Part shown: positions 41,065 to 54,845 of the stretch, piece by piece
Position numbering within the stretch: position 1 is the first letter of the stretch
Layout of the letters: each line of letters starts with the position of its first letter
From: the human T2T-CHM13v2.0 reference genome, Homo sapiens
DNA: 64,000 nt
Assembly (NCBI RefSeq): GCF_009914755.1
Contig: NC_060936.1
Reading direction: 5' to 3' (one strand)
Notes under the pieces: model-generated
The model's database searches: none
Seen by the model: only the letters and a program-made list of their open reading frames with translations
What the model was told of the DNA's origin: nothing
Made by a program: the position numbers and the translations under genes

Positions 41065-41400
41065 CATTTAGTAATTTAACAAATGTTTGTTGATCATCTA
41101 CTACATTCTAGGCATTGTTAGGCCTTAAGAATAGAGATGATACCATATAGTGGACATCATCACAGAGATTAAAATCTAGTTAAAAGATATAGGAGTGAAC
41201 AGGTAATAATGAGGTAGTGTTAACAAGTCATCTTATATTCTGGATGCACAAAAGAAGGGCAGTCCAGTCTGGGTTGAGGGAAGAAGCAATCAGGAAGGGC
41301 TTCCAGGATAAAGCATTGTCTTGAAGGATAAACAAGAATTGGCCAGATAAAGTGGTTGAATGCCTGAGATTGGCATAAGAACTTTCAAGTAGGAGTAATT
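41065..41400 (-). mobile_element. L2 3' end
   Basis: 'tttaacaaatgtttgttgatcatctactacattctaggcattgttagg'. Confidence 0.7.
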
Positions 41401-41786
41401 GTAGCTCTATTTCTAATAGGTTGCTATGAAATAGAAAAAGAAATGATGGGATATAGTCAGAGAAGAATGTTTGGATTCTTTCCTCTGGGTATTAGGAGTG
41501 GGGAAATCACATAAGGAGATTTGTATTTTAGAACGTTTGCCTACTAAATAAGACTCCATTTGGGCAGAAATGTTCAACATTGCACTCATAAAAAAAGGGC
41601 TGATAAGCCATACTGGGACAAACGGTGTGTACACAGAGACACACATAGACATAGACTGAAACACATATGTGTAACCATAGTGCCTATGTCTAATGGAAAC
41701 ATATTTATTATATGATTATTAATAATAGAAAAAGTGTTATATAATTATTAATAATATAACCAATTTTTAATATTGCATTGTTTTGA

Positions 41787-42052
<266 letters not shown>

Positions 42053-43720
42053 CCTCCTCCCCACCAAAAAACCCATTACATTTGATAAGATGACATTATT
42101 CCTACTTTCCCTTTTTCTTTTTCTTTTTCACCGAAATATTTGTTAAATATTTCCAGCTAAAAGATACCCTGCTTTAGGCATGTACAGTTACATGTATGTG
42201 CATATATGTTTTCTAGACCATTTTAGGAGGAAGTATTGAGACAAAGGTAAATGCAAAATCATTAGCATTCTTGGAGTTGACTTTTGTGTTTTTATTGTTC
42301 AAGCCTATGTGAGCAAGTTAAAACCAGGTATAGGTCAAGTTCACCTAGTAGACGAAGATAAAATTTTTGTGTGTGTGTAAAATATACCTGGTCTATAGGC
42401 CTCCCACACTGGTCATTTTTAGTTGGTGCACAAGCTTATTTAAGGAGATGATTTTCCTTTCTTGCCTCATTTTCTACATATGAGATCACTGTGCCTTATT
42501 TTCCCCACCTATGTGACCCTTTTCTGCTTTGTCATTTTTGACCTCAAGGCAGGAAGAGATAGTAATCAGAGAAAGAATTGAAGAAGGATTTTTGTGGCAT
42601 CAGAACTTTTGGAGTTGACTTGATGAGTTCCAAGTAGTGTTTGACTTTGTACTAAGCCATGGGCAGCATATTTAAAATGCTATCACATGAGCTAGAAATT
42701 GCTGAGAGGCTCAACTTGATATTGGAATGGTTTAGAATTGCCTGTTTGATTTGGTGTCTCCTGGGTGATACTTTCTTTGCTTTTCCTTTTGTTCTTACTT
42801 TTCTTTGGCTTATACACCCTCTATCCTATAATATTACAATAACCTTTACTTAGACTGAGTGAGAAGAAATTTGTTAAGCAAGGCTAACTTTTCTCTCTGT
42901 TTTTATAACTATTGCTTTTTGCTTACTTTTACTGTAGAATCACTCTGGTCCCTATCTAATATAGCTAAATGGAGAATAATTTCCTTTTAAGTAAACTTTA
43001 AGACATGTTGAGTTAGGAAATACAGCAATGTTGATGATGATTGGGAAAAGGGAAAAGTCTTACATATGGAAAATCTAACCAGAGCTGTGACAAAATTTTG
43101 ATCTGATTGAAAGAAGAAAAGAGAAAATTGTTCCAAATAGCAACATGATAATGAACAAACCTGAAGCATAGCTTCTTGCAAGTTTCTACATTATGAATAA
43201 CTTGCACCATCTTATCTTCCATTGCTTCATTTTTAAGTAATACAACAGACAGAAAACATGCAGCAGGAAGGACTAAATACCTTTTGAGAGAATGCTATTT
43301 GCAGCCAAGTTTTGTAAGGCTCAGGCATTATAGATAGATTAGATTAGATTCAAATGTATAATTCACAGTGGCTTCTTCTAGCAACAACATCCAAATGATG
43401 AGACTCAGTTGTTGCTTCTAATAGTAAAGGCAAAGAAAGAAATAATTGGAGAAGAGGAGGAGAGAGAAAACAGTAGAATTTGTGGGAAAAAATAAGCCTT
43501 ACATATGCCTTTTTACTTATGCAAATTTGGAAAATGGAGCAGAGAGAAATGAATTAGGCAGCTGTGTGCTGCATGGAATATCCTAAGTGATCTGATAAAT
43601 ATGTATGTCGTACTTTACCTACTTAACACAGTGTCGTTTCAAAACAAAAGTATTGATTGTATTAATGAAATTCTATTGTATTACGGCCAGAGAGGTGATT
43701 CTCTTACAAAATATAAAAGA

Positions 43721-44015
43721 GGCTGGGTGCGGTGGCTCATGCTGTAATCCCAGGACTTTGGGAGGCCAAGGCGGGCAGATCATGAGGTCATGAGATCGAG
43801 ACCATCCTGGCTAATATGGTGAAACCCCTGTCTCCACTAAAAATTACAAAAAATTAGCTGAGCATGGGGGCATGAGCCTGTAGTCGCAGCTACTCGGCAG
43901 ACTGAGGCAGGAGAATCATTTGAACCCGGAAGTTGCAGTGAGCTGAGATCGTGCCACTGCACTCCAGCCTGGGTGACAGAGAGAGACTCTGTCTCAAAAA
44001 AAAAAAAAAAAAAAA
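43721..44015 (+). mobile_element. AluSc-like
   Basis: 'gatcatgaggtcatgagatcgagaccatcctggctaa'; A20 tail. Confidence 0.93.
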
Positions 44016-45099
44016 GTAAAAGTAGTTTTGTTTTTAGGTTAGCAAACTTTCCTTAGCTTTTATATACATGCCCCCTCCTTGCAAATTCTGCCTGCGAGTA
44101 TAACTGATTAATCAATAATACACTCAATAAAATATTTTTATCTTGTATATATCCACTGTTTATTCTGATTGCCTTACTTTGGTGAACATAGTAGCCATGA
44201 TTGGACATTTTATGTTGTTGACACAATGATCTAGTTTTACTACATGAGGGTACTGGAATTTAAAAGGAAAATAGCTTTTAAACTCAACTTGAATCTTTAT
44301 CTCCAGTTGATGCAAAATAGTGTCCTGAGTGCTTTTTAAAAGTACAAATGCTCAATCTCTAGGACTCTTTCACTAAACCAGAAACCCTGAAAAGGTAGTC
44401 TCAGTATTTGCATGCTCCATAAGTGTGACAGGTGAATCAGCTGATCAGGTTCCACTGGGCTGGAAATGGTTAAGGGATCTCCAATGGCATCTCAATTGAT
44501 TACTTCCTCTGAAAACTGTTTCCTTTAAACTAATTAGCAGCCATCTGACCAAGGCATCATATTTCTTGTCTTTTACCTGGTTTTGTGCCCAAGGTCTCTG
44601 ATTCTCAGTCCCCTAGGGGACAGAAACAAGAGATAGAATACTGTGTCATGGACTTGCTTGTGTCAGGGAAAAGAAGAAGAACTTTCCTCGTATGCATTAT
44701 TGTGAGTCTGTCTTTTATAAAACTACCGTGCTTCTCAAGTCAGTGAGAGCAGCATTCAGATGAGTTGTGAGGATTAGGTGGTGATAGCACAGATGTCTCC
44801 TCAGCTACCTCTCTCTTTATCTTTCACCAGTAATAATATAACAAATGATGTTTTCACATTTAAAGTCATGATCCCAGGGAGGAAATTCTCACTGCAAGCT
44901 GTTGCCAGACTAGAAGCCACTTGCGCCAGAACATTTTATAGTCCTCCTTGGCTCTCTGACCACTCTTGAGATGGAGCCAGCATTTTACTCTATTTTGACT
45001 TGGGTTATAATGATTGTTTTCCCAACAATAATTATAACATTGTATACCAATCCTTTTCATTGCTGGCAAATATCTTTGACTCTTGTAATGCTAGTAAAT

Positions 45100-45670
45100 T
45101 ATTAGTCTAGGTATTTTATGATTAAAAAAGTATGAATTAAATATACAACTTGCCTATAAGGGGTGTATAGGCTAATAAGAAAAATAAATCACACATTAGT
45201 AATTAAAACTGAAAGGAAAGTCATTCATGCAGTAAGGGAAGTACAAGGTAACTGCTATGGCGGAGTTCAGTTGAGGAATAATGTACTTCTAGCTGGGAGC
45301 AAGAGATTGTGGGAGACATTGTAGAGAAGGTGATTTGTGAATCTGACTTTGAAATAAATCTAAACGGTGACCTCTAGAGATGTGGTTGTTGGCAGACAGA
45401 GCAAAGTGGCAAAGGCACAGGAAGGGTGAGTATGGAGGCCTTTATAGGAGGACTATGAATAGTGCAGATTGGCTACTGGAGAGTGGGGTCCAAATTAAAG
45501 AGAACCTTGGTTCTTAGCTTACGGCATTCAGACTTGCTCTGTGGTTAATTGGAGAGGCAGTAAAAGTATTTTCACTGAGAAGCACATTGTTTTAGTAAGA
45601 TTATTCTGGCAGCAAGAAGTAAAAAGGGAAGAGACTAGAAAGAGGGAAGATATAGTTGAGGAAAAGATTG
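45100..45670 (-). mobile_element. L2 fragment
   Basis: Purine-rich antisense L2 text 'gtagagaaggtgatttgtgaatctgactttgaa' and 'ttttagtaagattattctggcagc'. Confidence 0.6.
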
Positions 45671-46497
45671 TCTACCTCTTGTCATGCTTTAAAACTAAAC
45701 TCAGCTGGTGTGACTCAAAGATTTTTAAAATTTACAGAGCAGTCAGGGAATTAACTCTCTTGTGGAAAATTCCATTAATGACAGAATCTGGCAAGATAAT
45801 GTCATTAATAGTAGAGTCTTTGAATTTCAAGACTATATCCAGATGATGTTTCTGCTACTACTACTTCATTTTTCTAGGATACATTTAATTCTTTAAAGTG
45901 CTTTTACATTTAAAGTGTGGTACTGCATCCTCACTTTATTTCAACAATGTACAGTTAAGATAATAGCTCACTGTAAGTTGCGGCACTAAAGTTCTACAGG
46001 AAGTAAGTGGCTTCCCTGGAAATATCACTCGATTTTGCAACTTGTAACATTTCTCTTTTCCCATTATCTTTCCCTTTTCTAATTCAAGTGAATACAGGAG
46101 TGCTGGCTTACCTCAGAAGTAGTCATTAGTTATGTATAAATCCTCTTTTTACTCATTTAAGGAAAGACACTTTTCCTTGTGTATACAACCACAAGTTCTA
46201 CCTTTTATTTTAGGAAATCAGACTCTTCAGTCATCTGAAATGGTTAAAAAAAATGTCTGAGAAGGAATAAAGGCATACTTATCCTTGGGAATAGAAGTGT
46301 ACATAAAATTCCAATTAAATTATTATGTGAAAAAATCCTTCTGCTCCTGTGTTTCTTCCTACATCTATAAGCTCTGTAGGTTTAAACATGCTTCCAAGAG
46401 CATTTAACACTGGCAAATTTAAATGCTGATGAGAGGTATTTGAGCTGATCTTTTTCTTCCTCACCGCGCCTAATGGATTACTAAATTTAAGTGCTCA

Positions 46498-46584
46498 GGG
46501 CATAGTTTTGCCCTCCTTTGTGGGTGCCTGGCTCTCATTGACGTCAGTGGGAGCCCTGTGTCTCTGTAGGGCAGAATTTGGCAC
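46498..46584. mobile_element. Ancient palindromic MITE-like element with a central CRE
   Basis: Imperfect terminal inverted repeats (gggcatagttttgccct / agggcagaatttggcac) around the 26-bp quasi-palindrome ggctctcattgacgtcagtgggagcc. Confidence 0.55.
46539..46546. promoter_or_regulatory. Full CRE (CREB/ATF) site
   Basis: TGACGTCA with intact CpG. Confidence 0.5.
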
Positions 46585-48800
46585 TTCCATGTAGAATATT
46601 TTTAAACTATAAAATTGAATTACAAAGGTATTGCATCTGCTTTTTATATAGTCATTGTTTGGTTTATTAAAGAATGTTTCATAAATCTAGCCAATTCTGC
46701 AGGACCTACATATTTAGCTAAGCAAACTATTTTTAGAAATTACACAAAAAGGAGAGTGAACTTCCCTTTCAATTTAAAATCAGGGTTGCTTAGGACTGGA
46801 TTTACAGAAAAGAGAACAGTATGCAGTTGAAAATAAGCTTATTATTAAACTATGCATTTATTTTTAGCAAACATGCTGGGTAGTAAAATTTAGTTTTGCA
46901 TTTTCATTGTGAAAACACAAATGAAATTGGTAAACAAAATATTAAACAGACCTTACTACCAACTTAAACATACCATTGCCTCTTTTGTTTTTCTCATAGC
47001 ATTGGTAGAATTTCATGGAGTATATTTATGGTGCCAGTGTCAGAATAAAGACAACTGAGGGTTCTTTCCGGTTACCTCTGGATCCCACATCTTTAGCCAA
47101 AATTTTTATTTTAAACCAACTTTCTTGTGCCCCTTCTTGCCCACCTCTTTCAACTCCAGTCCAGGGGTAGGGCAGGTGTTTCTGAGGGCAGAAGTGGATG
47201 GACACCAGCCCTCCTGGGCAGTGCTTAGCAAATAAAATAGAACCATGCTTTGTCCATCATTTGATGGATGCCACAGTCCCTAAGGTCCTGATCCTATCTC
47301 TGAAATTTGTTTTCTGAACAGGAGCAATGCCGAATTTTTATTTTTCCATGCATTTGTTGTGTGTCTGAGTAATTTTGATAGTGTATGGTCCTAGATAACG
47401 TGACAGGACTTTCACATCCACAGGTCTGCAACACTTTGCATCCTCTGTCATTGGATGTTATCGTCATTGACAGAATATATGTCAAACTCCTTGAGGTCTT
47501 TCTCATGTTGCAAGCTGCATTCTAACCCGTTAAGAATAGCATTTTTTGGAGGACTTGCTTTGAAATGTACAGAAAAGAACTCGTACTGAAAACCCTTGGG
47601 TTTTTGCTAACTGTGCGGTTTTAACTCTGTTCACAGATTTACCCTCTGAAATAGTATAATGCTCATAATTTTAAGTGTAAAGAGCACACACTTTTGGTAA
47701 AATTCAATGAATATCACCTGGAAATATTCGCCTTTGAATTCCAATACAAAAAACTTGAAGAAAAATGGTACCACTGGTAAAAATACTAACATAGGCCAAT
47801 TCCAAATCTTGGGGGAGATGTAGAAAGTTCCCCTGATTTTGTATTTCATTGTTTTAAGTCTGCTTCTTTGGAAAACATGCCAGCAAGAGCACACTGGGGA
47901 GAGAGCCAGACATTTCTGTGATCCCAGCATGTTTGAATGTTGCTACGGTAGACATGAAAATAAACAACGAGAACCTCCTATTCCAAGTGGAAACATTTCT
48001 CTTCTTACTGAAAAATTATAGAACCCAACAGGACACAGTAGGAGATATTATAATTCAGCAAGACCGGGAGCACTTGGAATCCTTGGGCTTATATATCATT
48101 TTGTTCCACCTCTTCCTTTTATAGATGAAAAAATGGCAAAGGGGAGAAATTAAGTGATAACTGCACAGCCAGGTAGTGACAGAGTTGGGACTGAAGCTGG
48201 GTTTCCTGGCTCATTATTCCAGTGTGGTTTCTTCTTCAGTAGGCCTGAAAAATTTTTAGAAACTATTTTTCCCCCTTCCTCTTGCCCTTCTCTATGCCTT
48301 CCACACTCAGAATTCCAGCAGGTATCCCTGGTGATGAGGGGATGGGCTGGTGGCATTGCTAGTATTTGAATAATCTCTCCATGTATTGGCAGGAAAAAAT
48401 TGAATTTTGCTTCTCTCTCCTCCCTCCCACCCTACCACGTTACTCTTCTCTGCGAATGTTTAAACAACGTTCTGGTATGGCCTTTGGACTATACCCTTCA
48501 TGAAGTGTGTTTTATAACACACCAATAAACACTTGCCCAATGTTCTCTTCCTTTAAATCTCTTTTAGGTGACTTTGGAAAACTGAAAAAAATTGGCATTT
48601 TAACAAAATACTTCAGGCTGTTTACCCAAAGGTTTGACTAAGGGTGGAAATTTCTAGGTTCTGTCAGGTTGGTTGAAAGGACTTTTGAGCACAGTAATCA
48701 TTTGGTATAACACAAGTCACAACAAAGGTGACTATTCTGTCCATTTGTAAGTCAAGCGTTGGCTTCTGTTTTCTGAACTTTGTTGAGACTGGAAGGGATG

Positions 48801-48841
48801 TCTAAAACACTCTTGAAAGGGACATTCAAGAGTGTTTTAGA
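48801..48841. repeat. Perfect 17-bp inverted repeat with a 7-nt loop
   Basis: tctaaaacactcttgaa-agggaca-ttcaagagtgttttaga. Confidence 0.97.
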
Positions 48842-48986
48842 GTTTTAGCATAAATGTCATTGGTGCATAAAACCCACGGAGGACCTATGTGCTCTGAAGG
48901 GCTTAACTCCAAACAAAGCAAAACAAACAAAAAGTGAATTTTAGAGTCACTGAGACAAGATCAACTTGTAGATATGTTCCCCTTCC

Positions 48987-49122
48987 TTATTGAGATATAA
49001 CTTACGTAGAGTGAAGTGCCTAAAATGTAACTGGCTAATCTGTATACGTGTATACGTCCATGCAACCACCTTTCAGATCAAGATAAAGAATATTTCCAGC
49101 ATCCCAGTAGGCTTGCTCATGG
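48987..49122 (-). mobile_element. L1M (MD/ME-like) extreme 3' fragment
   Basis: 'ttattgagatataacttac...catgcaaccacctttcagatcaagataaagaatatttccagcatccca'. Confidence 0.75.
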
Positions 49123-50299
49123 AAATACTTGTTAAAATGTTCTCACAGTCTTTTGTAACACCACTAAATATTTATAATGTTTATTTGGCTGCAGACGTTA
49201 ATGTCGTGGTAGCCATATTTTTCCTCTTCCACTTTACCCTCTAAACTTAAAAGTGCACATTCTTTATCAACAATTATTAAGATAAGAGGAAGATGATGAA
49301 TCAGCAGATGAAAGCTGAGCTCTGTAATTTTATTAGCCATTAAACTTGGCTGGCAATAAGAATTGGGCCTAATTCCTCTAAAAACTTTTTTTTTTTAAAC
49401 TGTGTAGGACTTTACTCCTATTCTTCACAAATTCCTTTACAGGAATTGTTTAAAATACATAGCAGGAGTAAGGTCAATAGCAATATCCTGATTACAAGTT
49501 TTGTCTGCCTCCAAGGAACTAAAAAACTGTGTATCAAATCTGTTTTCAGTGTCTTTTGGGTATCTAGAAGGTTTGAATGGAGAAAGTTTAGTTGTGGACA
49601 ATTAAGGGACCTATTTAAGATCATAAAGAAAGGTCAGTTTAAACCATATGAAAATTTGGTTCTTTTGAGAAATGAAAACATTTAAAATGTTAGAAACTGT
49701 AATCTCATTCTTCCAGACTTTATGTTTGAACTTTCCAGTGCTTCTGCCAGTCATCCCTGGACTCCTAAGATTTTGAGCATTTCATTTTGCCATGAGAGAA
49801 ACTAAACCCGTGGTTTGGGGTTCATTGTATTTAAGACTTGTGCAAGAGCCTTTAACACTTCACTACTTCTGCTCTAAATAAAGATTCCTCTCTTCTAGGA
49901 ATTTAGAAAATATGACTTCCGCTTCAGTGATTTGCTAATAATAAAAAAGGACAGAAAAAATGAAAGTTTTGTTTTCTTTTTGGTCAAACTTATTTTTTCT
50001 TTGAAATATTGCAAATAGCATATCAAGGTATAAACACTTGTCTGGATCTAAAACATTGTTTTGTTTTCTATTTTGGGGATAATCTTTCCTTTTGTCTTCT
50101 TTGCTTGAACTTTTCCCAGAGAGAGGGGAACACTATCTTATCTCACATGATGTTCATTAGCATTTCAGAGTTTAAGTAAATGAATGGATTGTGCAAGTAT
50201 TGAAATGTTTTTGCTTCAGATTATTTAGATAACAAAATTGAGCTGACTTTCTTAAAGCATTAGTGTTTCTTATGTCATAATTTAAGATTTTGATTTCTG

Positions 50300-50672
<373 letters not shown>

Positions 50673-50844
50673 TTAACATTTCTGCTTTTTTGTAAGATGG
50701 AAACTTTAGAGTATGAAAGGTATATGTAAATGGAAGGCAACAGTGCAGTGAAGTCATGCCATTTTCTTGGATTATTTTTACTAATAGGATATTCATATTA
50801 TTTGACCTTTTGCTCCCTCTGTCTCCACTGCATTTAGTTGTGGC

Positions 50845-51150
50845 ATCCAGAAGAGGGAAGGTGAGTTTCCCGCTGTATTCTCCACTGGCAGATATGACAT
50901 GTATAAGGTTGTATTCTTTTGGGGGAGTCACACTTGGGTAAGCCATTCGTGGGCAAGAAAGAGACCAAGAAGATGAGTTAATATCTCTGTCATATGAAGT
51001 ACAGTGAAAGGAACTGGGCATATTTAGCTCATAGATGAGAAAATGTTTAGGAGAAATATAAAGTAATTTTCACATATTTAAAGGGCAGAGAGGGGTCACA
51101 AGCATATTCAATGATTTATGACCCCAAAGGGTAGCACTAGAATTGATGGT
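50845..51150 (+). mobile_element. L3/CR1 fragment
   Basis: 'gtcatatgaagtacagtgaaaggaactgggcatatttagc...gtaattttcacatatttaaagggc' resembles the CR1 ORF2 end. Confidence 0.6.
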
Positions 51151-51402
51151 TACTAAACCATTTTGATTCTTATTCTATAATGTCTTCTGCTCCTTTCTAT
51201 TTCAAAGTTAATATTTTAGTTCACATGCTCCTTAATATTAATACTTCCTGATCTATTGTAATAAGGTCTCCACTTATCTCCCTGCTTTGAACAGTTTCCC
51301 CTTTCAATCCAATATGTATATTGCTTCTAGCTTAATATTTCCAAAGCATAGTTATTATCGTATTACTTCCTTGCTCAAAACCTGTCAGCTGTCCCCTATT
51401 GC

Positions 51403-52719
51403 AGCAGTATCCTGACTGGGGTACACGTGTTGCGGGAGGCTTACAAAGACTTCTCAAGAGATACTTAGGCATAGATAATTTTATGATTATTAGTATCCAA
51501 ATTGTCAATTTTTTTCAAATTGACCTGCCTGCTGTGAAGATGGGATGCAATTTGTGAGTTTTCCTTTCCAGTGATTTCTTATACAATTGCCCGTCTCCGA
51601 CCTGACAAAAGAAATGCCTAGCCTACTCATCCTGAATCCTGTGCATTAGCCCAGGTTGCAGAATTTCTGGTGTTAAAAAAGTGGCAGCTTGGACTCTAAT
51701 AACATCCTCTTGTTGATAAGATAGTATCTCATCCCTTGCTGTGAATAAAATTAAGGTGAATCTAATTGAATTGTTAGATGATAGTTCCAAATAATTTTTT
51801 ATGATAGATCATTGTGATTTCTGCCATATAACCCAAAGGTCCAGAGAATTACATGATATTTCTATAATAGAACTCATTTCACTCTCATATACTTATTTAT
51901 ATGATGCTTATAAACATCTATAAAAGCAAAAACTAAGGCATAGAATTGATGCTGAATCTACTTTTTGTAATAAATAATATTCATCCACTTATACGTGAAA
52001 TAAGTTTTTTAAAAAGGCTTAATCTAAAAAAAAAGGCAGACAATGGTGCAGTGCCTTTAAAATAATGAGGGAAAATGATGTTTAAATGAGACTATATAAC
52101 TAGTCAGATTATAAATCAAGTGCCAATAAAGACATGTGCAAACAAAATGAATAAAAAGGCACATCTATCTTATTGAGGAATACATTTCTAATAATATTTT
52201 TACTTTTATATTTAATAATGATTTATCAAAATTTGTCAAATATTTATGTTTTAACCAATTGTGTTCTGATAATCATTGTAATGATAATTTACTGTAGAAC
52301 ATTTTTGGTAACAGGAAATAAATTTCCTTTACATCTCAAACATATTTTTGTTTCAGAGAAGTAAAAAAGTGTGATTGAAAAAAGACTGGGGAATTTTAGG
52401 ATAAAATTCTATGGAAGAAAGGGAATGAAAACAGGAGTTCAAGAAAGAAAAACAAACTGTAGAATTTCTAACAGAACATGAGCATATATTTTTCAAATAA
52501 ATGATTTTGAATTCCAATGGATACATTAAAAGAATGCTGTAGCAAGCATTTTTTTAAGTCAGCATTTATAATGTTCCTGGAAATTATATTCTTGCAAGTA
52601 TTTAAACTATTTATGATATAAAATATAACATCATTGTAAAGACAAAATTGTACAAGGAAGTATACAGCTTTTTCAAAATTCTTTGAGGTATATTTGAGCA
52701 AAATATTTGAAGGCCTTGG
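51403..52719. mobile_element. hAT-Charlie DNA transposon remnant inserted in an L2
   Basis: Ends 'cagtatcctgactggggtacacgtg' and 'gaggtatatttgagcaaaatatttgaaggccttg'; L2 text runs on from about 51250-51402 to about 52720-53000. Confidence 0.6.
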
Positions 52720-53869
52720 AATAGAATCCAAAATCTTTAGCATGGCAGTGACAGTCCCATCTATGTTTTCAGCTTTTAATTTTTTATTATTATTCTTCAC
52801 CTACCATAAATACTTGCCAGACTCTCCTACTTTCTGTTCCTGGAAAAAGTTCTGCATTTTTCATTGTTTGCACCATTATCTCCATGTGGAATGCCCTTTT
52901 CTTCCCCTTTTCCACTCTAAAAATTCTACCCATCTTCCAAAGGACATATGAAGAGCCTCTCTTTCCTGGAGCTATTCTTGGTTCTATCCTCTGACATCCT
53001 ACAGCACTTTTCCTTTTATTTAGTGGTCATCTAGTTTATCCAACTTTACCTCTGTATTAGAATATTTGTGGTATACAGATGAATAAATTGTGTTCTTCAA
53101 CCTTGACTAGTTCCCAATCTGTATTTGAAATCCCCATATTCAATGCAGAACAAAAATTAGAGACTTTTAGTCACTGCATATTGTTTCATGCACTGATATT
53201 GAGGTTTTTAAAAATTTCCTAACCAAAATAATTTTCTTCAGATTTTGTGAATCCAAACCTCCTATCAGATAACTTAACTACATTCTTTCTATCTATTTCA
53301 CATTTACTGCTAACAAAGACTATAATCTGGGAAAAAATGGATTTTCACCAGATAATACACCAGCTGGTGTTTTCTGTTTTACTGGTGATGTATTACTCTG
53401 TAGCAAGTGTAGCAAGGTCTTACTTATTCTCAAAAACATGTAGATATATCCAGTGCTGGAAAAAAAAATCTAAATTAATTTAATAGAATAATATTTATCT
53501 TTGTGCAAAGAGAAAGTATATTTTACATAGAAAGATCTGAAATGCCTGTTTAAGAACTTGATGCACTGTAATACATTTTGATTGGGGTGTGTTTAAAAAA
53601 CAAAGCAAAAAGCAAATGAGAAAAGGATGCTGTGCAATTAGATTGCCTCAGACATCAAAAACCTGTATATTTATGTTGTACTTGCCTACACAGAGGAACA
53701 CTGACTTGCTTTGGACACAAATTCTAACAGTTGGGGTAAGTAGCAAACATGAGTGAGAAGAGACAGGCTATACTAGACAGTGAGCTCCTTAAGGGCAGGA
53801 GGTGTGTTGTCATTATCATTATTCCCATTACATATTTTAGAAACAGAAACAACCATTACATATTTTACC

Positions 53870-54080
53870 GTATTTCTTTCCAATACTTAAAACAACCCTG
53901 AAAAGCAGGCGATTATTAAAATGATTATTAAATCATTTTAAATTATTAAAGTGATTATTCTCATTTTACAGATGGTGCAGCTGAGGCTCAGATATGTAAA
54001 GTAACTTTTCCAAAGTGACACTTTAGAAATGCAAGATTGGAGATTCAAGCTTGGATTTCTGTTGACGGCCTTACTTCTGA
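53870..54080 (-). mobile_element. MIR
   Basis: 'attattctcattttacagatggtgcagctgaggctcagatatgtaaagtaacttttccaaagtgacac'. Confidence 0.85.
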
Positions 54081-54133
54081 AATACCTTGCAAAATTATAA
54101 AATGAAGAATAGTAGGCATTGTTTAAATATTTA

Positions 54134-54418
<285 letters not shown>

Positions 54419-54845
54419 TCAGGTTGGGTGGAACTCAGATTTTACGACCGTAATTGAAAGAATTCCTAAGCCTCCCCTAGTGAAATTTTTCTGTTAGGCA
54501 CTTGGAAGTAACTGGCAGTTTCAGGGAAGCAATTGAGAAGGAGGTATTTCCTTTGCTAAAAGGATAATAGTTCAGCTTATTCTTTCTCATAAATGGAAAA
54601 GAAGGACAAGAGCATTTGGATTATATATAATTTGCATGTTACAGTACATAAATTGGTCACTGCCTGATGTGCAGTGATTTTTCCCCAGTTTCAAATTCTT
54701 TGGGAATGTGTTTTTATTCCCTGTATTTTAAACATATGTTGTGAAAGGGATTAGTCATATTATTCTATGACTTTGCTTCCCTGCCAGGCAATAATTGGTA
54801 ATTGTTCAAGGGTAGACAACAAACTTGAGCTAGTCTAGTCATAGA

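Noticed and set aside
53730-53742. Other GTAAG donor-like sites (e.g. 53736, 48747, 57434)
   Set aside because: Expected by chance; no convincing paired acceptor, ORF or promoter context
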